The notes under the pieces were generated by a model. The model was not told where the DNA came from. It was given only the letters and a program-made list of their open reading frames with translations, and did no database searches. DNA of 64,000 nt from NCBI GenBank assembly GCA_051252135.1, contig JBPOGH010000020.1, forward strand, positions 1 to 64,000, written 5' to 3'. Positions 25,901 to 37,900 of the stretch are shown here, piece after piece (the stretch's first letter is position 1; every line of letters starts with the position of its first letter). The translations under genes and the position numbers were made by a program. The DNA is from Verrucomicrobiaceae bacterium (lineage in GTDB: Bacteria; Verrucomicrobiota; Verrucomicrobiia; Verrucomicrobiales; Akkermansiaceae).

Positions 25901-28900
25901 GCTCCCGCAATATTGGAAACACTCCACAGCTGGACGATCCGGCAACAGACCTCAATGAGGCTCTCCAGCATATCAACGAAAGCTACATTATCCGTGATAT
26001 CGGACCAAGTGAGGTCGGTGCCGGCCGGGTCATTAAGGTGACCGCCTACGGTCGCACTAACACTTTCCAGAATGTCTCCAGCATCCATGGTGATTTCGGT
26101 GATGGCGACGACGTCGTTTTCCTAGGCGCCCCGGTTCTCGACGACGACGGCAACCCAATCGCTCCAGGTCCAAATACTCCGGCTGCCCCGGTTTCCCAGG
26201 TTCCAACGATCCCCGTCTACCTCAACATGGGTAGCGGTGATGACTCGGTCTCCTTCTCTGGAACGGCCGCGCCAAATAGAGCATCGGAGAGCAACCTGAT
26301 CATCCTCGGATCCGGCAATGACTACGCAGGTCTCATCGGTGAGGGAACCGCAATCGTCGATGGTGGTTCGGGCGACGACTTTATTGAAAATCTTGGCACC
26401 GGGCAGGCCTTCTTTAATGGTGATGCCGGCAGTGACCGTATTCTCGGAAAAACCTCCGCGGATGTGATCAACGGTGGTGCAGGCGATGACGACATTGATG
26501 GTCCGGGCGGCGTGATCAACGGCGGTGACGGAAATGATCAGATTAACTTCGCCGTTCAGACTCAAACCGGGAATTCAACGATTACCGGCGGCGCAGGATC
26601 AGATTACCTGAATATTTCGGGTCGGGCCACCGCCGACAATATTACGGTTACGAATTCAGGTGGCACGGTGACATCCAGCTTCGACGGCCAGAATTTGGTC
26701 AGCACAGGAATTGAAAACCTCTTTATCGATGGTCGGGGTGGTGCGGACAACTTTGTAGTGGATGATCTTGAAGGCTCGGGCCTTTCCTCCTTCTCCATCG
26801 ACTTCGGCCGTAGCGTTGTGCAGACCGGAACGCAGGTCGTTACCGAAAGCCTCGATCCCGATGATCCTGACGCAGACACTGTCGATCAGCTTGCGGCAGT
26901 TCTCGCAATCTCGAACGATAACGCAGCGGACCGCCTGAGCGTCATCGGTGACAACGGAAATGATTTCTTCAATCTCGTCAATTCCGGTGAGTTCACCGGA
27001 GTAGATGCCGATGGAATTGTCATCGGTGCGGCCCGTTACACCGTGGTCACCATCGGTCGTTCGGATTACACGATCGACGGGAATGGGAATCTGTCCGTTT
27101 CCAATCCTTCCGTCAGCATCAACATCACCAACTCGGTCCGAAGCGAGGGTGATAATGCGGTGGTCAACGGACTTGGTGGAAATGATGTGATCGATGCGTC
27201 GGGCCTAAGCGTAAGCGCGACCCGTCCGGATGGCGTCACGATTCCCCGCACGGATCAGATTATTGCAAGCCTTGTTGGTGACACCGGAGATGACACCCTG
27301 GTGGGATCGGACTTCGATGATATCCTCAATGGTGGAGTCGGCAGCGATACTTATACCGGTGGCGATGGACTCGACCTCTTCTTTGATGCGAGCATTGATC
27401 CGGGTGACTTTGATACTCTGGTAGAGAATCAGGACCGCGATGTTTTGATCACGGACAATAGTTTCATTACCGGTAAGATTCGTGGTGATGGCTTGATTCA
27501 GATTCTCAACCGCAAGGACGGTTTCGACCGGGAAGAAGTTCAGGAGGTCCGCCATAGTGAGAACAGCGGAACCTTTACCCTGACCTACCGGGGGCAGACC
27601 ACAGGAGCCCTTGCCCACAATTCCTCCGGAGATCAGATTCGCGCTGCCCTTCTGGCACTCAGCACCATCGACAAAGTACGAGTGGAGCAGACAAGTGATG
27701 GAGGAAGCGGAGGACCTTACATTTGGGAGGTGGCCTTCCTGGGACCAACCGGGCAAGTGATTCCGGCTAATGCCTCACAGAATGATACCGGAGGTGCTGA
27801 TTCACTTCTGAGTATTTCTATGACCGGCTCGACGGATTCGGTGGCCCGAGTCGTCAAGGAAGTGGATACCGAAGTCGAGATTCAGCGCATTACCCACTCT
27901 GGTGCCGGTGGTGGTTCCTACACGCTCATCTTCAACGACGGTCGAAATGAGGCTGAAACCGGTTCCATCCCCTGGAATGCAACTGCCGCCCAACTGGCCT
28001 CGGCGCTCAACGCACTCAGTGGACAAGTTGATCTCGGAACCATCAGTGTCCAGGAAATCACCCTCCGGAATACCGATAATATTGCCGTTGGGCCCTACAG
28101 CTACCTTGTGACCTTCGAGGTGTCCACGAACCGTCCCAACAACGTCCTTCTCCTGAAGGAGGGTCAAAACAACCTCCAATCCGGAGGAACAATCAGCGGC
28201 CTGCCAACGGAAGTCGAATTGCAGGAGTCGAGTAAGGCGGTTGATCCAACTCTTGGCATTCCGGACAGTTTCACCCGATTTAGCTCCGACGCGATTGTTG
28301 AGGATTTGAAAGGAATCTTTGAAGGGGCCATCATCACCGGGGGAGCCTCCCGCACGATCATCTCCGTGAGCAGCTCCACGGGGTCAGCTACTGTGGGATC
28401 GACTGAGCTTACCGTAGGAGGCCTGACGATGGACATCACCGTGGACACTGCGATCGCCACCGAGGGTGATGATGCGGCGCTTGCGGAACTCTATGCCGTC
28501 ACCTTAACGGGTGAGGACAGCGCGCGCATTACGGTTGCCGATACCGGAGCCGGACAGGGACGTGATGAGATCAAGATTTTTGGAACTGCAAAAGCGGACA
28601 CAGTCTCAAGTGCGGCCTTTGGTGCCGGGCAAGGGCGGACCGGTCTCCTCGGATTGCATACGGGTGACCGCGCCAAAGGTGACCTCCTCTTCTTCCGCGG
28701 CATTGAGCTGGTTCAAATCGAACTCGGTGCCGGAGATGACACCATCCTTTCGGATGACACCGCATCGGTCACCCTGATCAATACCGGTGATGGCGATGAC
28801 GAAATTATTGTGGGCACCGTTCCTCTGATTCCTGACGTGGGGAACCGGACTCTCGAGTTCCCCGAGGGAATTCCGGTTGCGGACACCGAAAATCTGACCA

Positions 28901-31900
28901 ACGGAGCCTCCAACAAGCTCTACATCTACGGAGGTGGTGAAAATGATTCCTTCGAGGTGAATTTCAACCGCGCCCAAGTCTATCTGCACGGTGGCAGCGG
29001 TGACGATCGCTTCCTTCTTAAGACCTTCCTCGTCTTGCGCGAGAATCCTGATGACAACGAAGAGGTCACAAACCTGGCCAACCTCTTCGGCGGCATGGGC
29101 AATAACCGCTACTCTTACCTGGAGAATGGACCGGTCGCAATTAACGGAGGCCCTGGCATTGATACTCTGGTTGTGGTCGGAACACCGATCTCCGATACCT
29201 TCGTAGTCACGGAAAGCGTTGTCGCCGGAGCGGGCCGCCTCGTGAACTTCCGCGGAATCGAGCGCCTTGAAATCAATGGTGCCGGCGGCGGTGACAATAT
29301 CTACGTCCTAAGCACCAATGAGTCCTTCACCACGACCATCGTGGGTGGTTCGGGAGACGACACCATTCACTTCGGCGGGGATCATCCGCCACTGGTCTTT
29401 GATCCCCCTGAAATCACGGTCACTCCGCCACCTGTTACGATCGAGCTGCCGAGCCAGTTGGTCTACAACACGGTGACCACCACCCGTGCGACCGAGGTCT
29501 ACACCTTCGACTTCGGTTGGTGGAGCGGGTTTGCCTCGTTCTTCAATCCAGGCCTGGCCAACCACCTTGCCGAGGTTGCGATCTCTGCCGTAGAGAATTT
29601 CGTCAACGCCCGCTTCCAGGCTGAGCGTAATGCCTATCCGAACCGTCGTAACCAGACGCTGGAATTCGATCGCGGAAATGTTCAGGTGGAGCGCATCCGC
29701 ACCGGCTACAGTTGGTTCTTCGGCATCTTCCAGCGCGATGTTTACCGAGTGACCGTTTCCAATGTGGTTGAATCCTATGAAGAAGGAGTGATCACGACCC
29801 AAACCCAGACGATTCAACCGCTGTCGTTCTCGTTTGATCCACCACCATTCGCGTTCAAGGAAGCTTCCCAGTTCACCGTCGGTGAAATCCGCGGTCGGGT
29901 GATTGTTGAGGGTGGAAACGCCTTTGAGGATGATGGAGACACCGTCATCTTCCACAATTCTGCCGGATCGAATCTCAAGGGCCTTGTGACCAACCGTTTG
30001 GTGCCACGCTTTGAGTCCCTCGATGACGGAACTTTCCAGCGGGCACTGGATAGTGACGGAAACGAGATCGACGATGTTTACATCTCCGTGGAAGGACTGG
30101 GGCTGCGTGTCGCCGACGATGGCTATCTCAACCCCGACGGCACCCGGACCTTTGGGGTTCAGTTAAAGGGTGTGGAGACTCTTGATCTCCGACTCGCTGA
30201 CGAAGACCCGGGGAACGGAGCCTCCCGGAATGACCACTTCACAGTTGCCCTGACCGATCTGCGGGGTTCCGAAACCCGCGAAGGCGTCCTGCGCCAGGTC
30301 ACTGATGAAGAACGTCAGGAACTGGACCTTCGGATCGTCGCCGGAGCAGGGGATGACACCATTTTCCTCAAGCAGACCACCGGCTCCACCGAAGTCTTCG
30401 GAGGCCCTGGAATGGATACCGTGACCATCGGGGATAACGGAAGTCTGGCCAACATCGGTGGCGGCCTACTCTTCGATGGCGATGCCCACATTGACGAGGT
30501 CCAGGAAATTGTCACCACGCTGCCAAACATCCCGTTCCCGGAGACCTTCATTAATACCCAAACTGTCGTTGGAACTCTTCAACTTGATGAGTCGACCTTC
30601 ATCAACTACGCGGATGCCCAACTGGCTCCAATCGTCTTTGTTGATCCCGCTGACGGTAAAGTGAAGGTCCGCACGATCTCGCTTCGTTCCGACGGTGAAA
30701 TCAATACCGACTACGTCCGTGACTACGGAATCCCCGCCGTCAGCAATGGAAGCAATGTCTATATCGGTCCGGACGGTCTCGAAACATCCAGCCCGTTCAC
30801 TGATGGAGAACGTAACCCGCAGCTTTACGTAACGGCCTTTGACCGGATTGGATCGGGAGCAGTGCCTCTCTTTGTTGATCCGTTCGGAGTGAAGACCGGA
30901 ATCGACCCGACCTTCATTGCCCTCGGGTCCAGCGGAGCTGACGTCAATGTCTACCGCAGTGGAAATGCGGCCACCCAGGGAAGCTTCGCCGACATTCTCC
31001 TTCAATGGAGTGCTGACGGAACCACCTGGAACAATGCGACTCCGGTCGGCCTGAGCAGAATCCTGCCAAATGGCTTTAAGACCACGGAAACCGCAACCGA
31101 TCCCGATGGCTCGACCTATCAGCGCGAAGTCGCTGATGAAAACGATGTCTCGAACTCCAACATCGTCAGCTACTCACTGGGAGCCGGGAACAACGCGCGA
31201 TTCCTCCGGGTGATCGGAATTAATGGAAACGATTTCGCGCTTGATGGTATCGGCATCCATACAGCATCTGCAGGCCCAGCTCACATCAAGCGTGAGGATG
31301 CCTTCAAGCCGGTCATTTCCAATAACTCCACCGTCTCCAGCGGCGACCGCCCGGGTGCCTTCCGCGTAGCTGACAACCTCTTCAGCAACATCGATAGCGG
31401 GATGAATATCATCTATGCGGCGGCGGCCAAGAACCTCCCTGCTGTCCTCGAAGTTTCCCGTTCCGAGATCGTGACCTTCACCCGCACTGTGGATGTGCGG
31501 GTCACTGACCCATCGACCACCGGCGCTGATTTGCTGATCATCGATGGTCAAAACAATACCGAGAACCTCATTGGTGCACTGGACCGCGTCCAAATTGACA
31601 TTGAGCAGATTCAGGACGGTAAGATTTCCCTCCATGATGGAGCGGTCGGACTTGATCAACGTTTCTATCGTGGTGGAGAAACCGTCTATCGTCTCATCGA
31701 TCCCGCCCAACAAGGGCTCGTTGGAGCAGCGGTAGTGGAAGCTCTTCGTGATCCTCTCAACAATTTCCGGACGGAGAAAGTCACCTTCGCAGGAGGGGAA
31801 GACGCTTACAACCTCTTCGACGGAGCGATCCTCGTTGATCCGTTCGGAGTCGAGCTGGCCCGCAAGCCGGGTGATGCCATCCTCCACTTTAAGGATAACC

Positions 31901-34900
31901 CCGTTCTTCATAACACAGGTGAAATCCTCCGCTATCTTGGTGGCGAAGATGCCCTCGATGAAGACGGAAACGTTGTCGTCAACGGCGACGGCTCGATCTT
32001 CAAGCGTTTGCCGGGGCAGGCCGTGATCGCTGACCGCGGCACTCTCATCTACGCTCCTGATTTCATTGAGACGGCCTTTACCACTAATGGTCAGGCAATC
32101 GATCTCGGTAATGAGATGCTTCTCAACTTCAAGCCCAACCAGGGTATTGACGGATGGGCGCTCGACTTCACCAATTCGCGTAATCTTCGCATAGACCTCT
32201 TCAAGTCTCCTGCGGTCCTTGGTGGTGGTGATCGCCTCGTCTCCGTGACGGTCAGCAGTTCCCGCGGAACCTTCCGCCTTGAACAGGGTGCGGCAACCAA
32301 CGGCTACACCTTCGATCCGGTGACGGGACAACTGGTTGTGACCAATGTCGATTCCAGCATGATTTCTGATGATGGTTCCGTGAACGTTCGAGCTCATCTC
32401 GCGCTCCTCGCATTCCACCGGGAGGGAGATGCCGTCACCCACTACGGCAACGAAGAAGTTCAAAGCGGCGACCTCGTAGTCGATAAACAAGGCGGCAGCT
32501 TCATCATCCGCGAAACTGCTGACGGCGAGGCCATACGTTACTCCAGTGACAAAACTCTCGCTGATAGCAGAGAGGATCTCATCTTCTGGAACAACAGCAA
32601 AGGTGAGCGCATCCTGCACAAGCGCAGCGAACCGATCTTTATTGAGGTCGACGGTGAGTTTGTTGAAAAGACCATTACACAAACCGACCTTTCGGGTGGA
32701 TTGCTTGAGCAACGCTACCGTGGTGATGAGCCGCTGATCTACTTCGGCGGTGAAAAGACCTACTACACCTCCGAAGAAGCGATCACCCAGCAGCGTGACG
32801 CCATTCAGATCTCCGGACTCGGGATTCCGGGCAACATCTTCCTCGTTAACGGTCTCTTCCCGGATGAGAACAACAATCCGGTCATCGATACCACCGATAC
32901 CTTCCAGATCGATCTCGGTAGCGGCGATGATACCTTCACTTTCAATTTCTCGCCAAATGCCGGTATCGAGTTGAATACCGGAGCGGGCAATGACTCGGTC
33001 GCCGTTCGCGCCATCGATGGCAACATCACCCTCAATCTGGGTGAAGGCGATGACTTGGTCGCCGTCGGAAGCAAGGCCGGCTACTGGGAGACTGCTGACA
33101 TCACCGGCCGTCAGCCCTTCAATGAACCGGCTGTCGAAGATGCCGAGTTCATTAACGTTCTTGGTAATCTGAACCAGATCAATGGCTCGGTATTCGTCAA
33201 TGGCGGATCCGGAATCGACCGCGTCAGCATCGATGACACCGCCGATCTCACCGGAAACAATACTGCCAACGGTGACAATGGCATTCTCACCGACACCGGG
33301 CTCAGCGGTCTCGGGATGACCGGCAGCATCGTTTATAACAACGACGACACGACCGAGCTCCTCGAAATTGCACTGGGTAAGGGCGATGACGAGCTCACGA
33401 TCGCCAGCACCTCGGACTCCGTGTTTACCAGCGTTGAGGGCCGCGATGGTGATGATACCTTCAATATCGAGACTACCAGCGCTGCCACCAATGTTTACGG
33501 GGATGCCATTGGACCGAACATCCAGGTCAACTTCCGCACGTTTGCCGTAACCAGCGGCAATGACCTCTTCCGGGTTGGTAGCCTTGCCTCAAGTGCCACT
33601 CCACTCAACTCCACCCTTGCGACAATTCAAGGCCGCTTGCGCCTCTTTGGCGGTGGGGTCGATGCATCAATTCCAGCAGGTCCGGGTAACCCAGGAAACG
33701 AAGTGATTTTCTACAATGGCGGTGGTGGCGGTGGTGCCGGAGCCCTGCAAAGCACCGAGCTCCTTGGCTTCGGGATGGGAGCTGGCATTGCCTACGCTGG
33801 AATCAATACCCTCACTCTGCGCCTCGCCGATGCCCCGGATGAGCTCTTTATCGGTGGAACCCACACCGGATCAACAAACATCCTTGGAGGTAATGAGGGA
33901 GATAACGATGGTGATGTGATCAATATCGGCGCCATCAGCGGTCCGACATCCATTAGCACACAGGAAGGAGATGATACCATCCGGGTGAACTACGACATCG
34001 CCGGAGTGCAGACCTTCGAATCCGGTGTGCAGTCATCACTCTTCCTCGATGGTGGTGATAATTCCGACACCTACTTTGTCGGTGTCGCGGGTGAAGGCAC
34101 CGCAACGGTCGATATCTTCGACAGCGGCACAGGCTCCGATAACAATGATAGCGTCCGCATCTTTGGTAACAACGAGAGCAACCTCTTCCTCTTCCGAGCG
34201 AATCAGGCCAGTGGCCTCGGAGTCGTGGCGACCTACGAGACGGATGATCTCCTCAATCCGGTCCTCGGTGGATTCCTTGAGCGGGTGAACTACGATGGCA
34301 ACATCGAGAACATCGACGTATCCGGACGCGGTGGAGATGACACCTTCGTCTTCGATGATACCCTTTCAGGAATCACCGTTCGGGGTGATGAAGGCGATGA
34401 CACCTTCCAGCTTGGCCAGGTGTTCGAGTCCGCCCGTAACGGCCTGAACCCCACCAACGGTCTTGACCCCCTCGACTACTTCGAGACCACGCAAACAACC
34501 CGCGGGTTCCTTTCAAATGGCGTGAGCCAGACCGCGACTCTCCTCGGAGGGGTGGGCAACGACTCATTCACGATCTACCGCAACAAGGCGGAAATCTTCG
34601 CCGTGGGTGAAGAAGGGGATGACAACTTCCTCGTCCGCTCCTTCGTCCGTGTCGATCCGAACGATCCCAAGGCCCCATTCACCAACATCAACGGTGGCCA
34701 GGGTGCCGACTTCATTGCCTTCACGGTGAATGCTCCCGTCCGCATCGAGGGCGGTGACGGATTCGATACCTTAACCGTAGTCGGCACCGAATTCGGCGAT
34801 GACTTCCTAGTGAATGAATACGGTGTCTTTGGTGGAGGACTCTTCATCACTTACGACGGTATCGAGAAGCTCGTTGTTGATGCCCTTGAGGGTAATGATC

Positions 34901-37900
34901 GCTTCTTCATCGCCGGCACCAGTGAGGGTGTCGAAGTGGAGATCGTTGGGGGTCTTGGTTCGGATACCTTCAATCTTGGTGGCAGTAACGGTAAGCCTGT
35001 CACGGTTGTGTCCAATAGCCTCGACGGAAACTCGGGTCTGATTGATCACTCCATCCTGACCGCCGATGGTGAGTTCCGGAACATCTTCCTGCAGGATCTA
35101 TCGGTGAAGGTCTCGGACAATGACGAGGCCGGCATTCTCATCATTCAGAATGATGGCCCTCTCCGCCTCCTTGAGGGCATCGATCCAAATGGCGGGGGGC
35201 TTCTCGATGACTACCTCATTGCGAGCTACACCGTTGTTCTGACCCGTTCCCCTGAGGAAACCGTCCAAGTGGCAGCAACTCCAGTGCTGGGCGGTGAGCG
35301 CGCCATTCGCGCAGGTGCCCAGCGCATCAGCCTTGGAACCACTGCTGACATCACACAGATGACAGCGGAAGGAACCTCCCTGACCTTTACCCGCGACAAC
35401 TGGTTCAAACCTCAAACCGTCTACCTCTACGCACCGGAAGACACGGTGGCGGAAGGTCGTCAGAATATTCAGATTCAGCACAAGGTCACCCAAGGAACAC
35501 AACCAGGCGATGGTGGAGCCTACGATGGCCTCGCATCACTCAGTGTCACGGTAGAGGTCTTCGATAACGATGTATCGGATCTGGTCATCGTGCCTCTTGA
35601 TAACGGAGTCTCCGGAACCTTCACCCGGATTGAAGAGAATACGACTCTCCTCAATGCCACCGACCAATTTGCAGTCTTCCTCACACGGCCTCCGTCAGCC
35701 GACATCGTGATCGACTTCACCGATCCGAGCGGACAGCTCACCCTTGATAAGACTTCACTGACCTTTACGACCGCATCCGCAGGCACCGCCGGTCACTTTG
35801 GAACTCCTCAAATTATCACGATCACCGCTGTCGATGATAATGACAATGAGGCCCGTCACTTCTCCCGTGTTGCTGCCACCCTCGCCGATGCCGCCGATCG
35901 AGCTGCATTCGTGAACACCAGCATTAACGACATCGCCTTGGATCTGCGTAATGAAATCACTGGAGCGGGCATTGGTTACGATGCAACCGTCTCAGGCAAT
36001 GTTGTCACCGTTACCGGTCCGGCCTTCACTCCTACTGGAACCGATAACATTACCATTGCCCAGACCAGTGATGGCAGCATGGCCTCACGCTTCGAATTCA
36101 CGCTGAAGGATGGCTACGCCGTGAACGATATCTTCACCCTGACCATCGGAGCAAACACCTACACCCACACGGTTGGCACCGGAACTGATTCAACGATCGA
36201 GACCGAGGCAGAAATTATCAACGCCCTGGTTGCCGATGTGAATGCCCAAAGCATGACCTCGGGCGTGGAGGCAACAGTCTTCGGATTAAAGGTCCGTCTC
36301 GAAGCCTCCTCATCCTTCACCTTCACCCTGACCCGTTCGGATGGTGGCATGGTTGTAGAAAACGAAGCTGCAGATATTGCTGCCTTCCAGACCTACACGC
36401 TCACTGTTGGTGGAGCGGTCGCGCTCGATGATCTCTACGAAGTGACTCTCACTCCGGCTTCCGGGGAATCCGCTGTAAGCTACAGTCATACCGTTGGCGC
36501 GAATGGTGAGCCCAGTGCCTTTGATCGTCTTGATGTCGAGATCATTGATAACGATAGTCCGCAGGTCATCGTTACCGGTGGAGATACCGTGGGAGTTTCC
36601 GAGCCAAGCCAGGAGTTCTATCTCGGATCCGGATTTGCCGGAGAGATTGTGGATATCCCGTTCTTTGAAACGAAGGATCCTCATAACAGCACGGGGACCG
36701 CTCAATCACTTGACGGAAACTTCTACAACCTCGCAACGATCCCTGGCGGCACATCGACACTGCCACGAGTCCGCATTCTGGGTTCAGGTGATAATCTCGC
36801 AGACATCTACCAGCTGACAGTGACAGCAGAGATGCTGAATCAGGATGCGTATGTAGCCATTACCCAGGCTGACGGCAGTGCGATTTCCAACATCAAGGTT
36901 GAGCTCCTTCAATCCGGTCAGCCCAATGTTACGTTGGTCGATTCAAGCAGTGGAACTGCTACGATTGCTGATAACGATCAGCTTTATCGCTTCACTGCGG
37001 GGGGCCTTTACTACTTCAAGGTCACAAATGCCGATAGCACCGTGGTCAACTTCGGCACCGACTATGCCTTGAATATCTTCCTGCCCGGGATCACTCCAGC
37101 GGTGGCCTTCACCGGTGACTTCGGTGTCTCCGACCTTCCGGAAACCACAGGGGACCACAATGATATCGCGACCGCGCAGAATCTCGATCTTGGCAAATGG
37201 AGCACCGGTTTGGATCCAAATATCGAAAGCTCGGAGTCCATTCCACACATCACGGTGCTGGGAACAGGTGATCAATTGAACGATTACTACAGCTTCGAAA
37301 TCACGGAAACCATGCTCACCGATGCCGGTGGTAATCTGCGGGTGATTCTTGATCTCGATAATTCCTTCGACTTTGGCGACCAGATTTTCTGGGCCGGCCG
37401 TCTGGTACTCTTCAATGAAGCAGGAGATGTGATCCGCGCCGGAATTGGCTCATCCAGTCCGCTACTTGGTGCAGGACCAAGCGACGACACCTTCAACAAC
37501 GATTACATTTCCCACACCTTCACGACGGGGCAGGAAGGCACCTACGTAATCGAGGTTTCCGATGCTGAGCGCAATCAGGGTCTGCCACAGGACGTGACCT
37601 ACGAACTCAACGTCAGTGTTCAGGAACACCAGACTGACAACTTCATCTTCGTTCCCGAACCTGTTCAGGAGGTTGAGAGTCAGAATAATGGAGTCGCAGC
37701 CGGAGCGCTCATCGATGGAGCTGGAAACCTTCAGAACATCAGTCTGCAAAATGTAGACCGCCTCAACTTCAGCATTGATGGCAGCGGCGCAGTTGTCCTT
37801 AACACCACCGGTCCAAATATTGGTGAGACTGAAATCAATCCTGGCAACTTCTTCACCCTTCCAAGTGGCACCGTGGGTAACATCGTCTATGGAGGGGGAA

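Noticed and set aside
6622..34389. Several RGD tripeptides in the giant protein
   Set aside because: Expected by chance in 15.6k Gly/Asp-rich residues; most fall within predicted beta-strands or RTX repeats.
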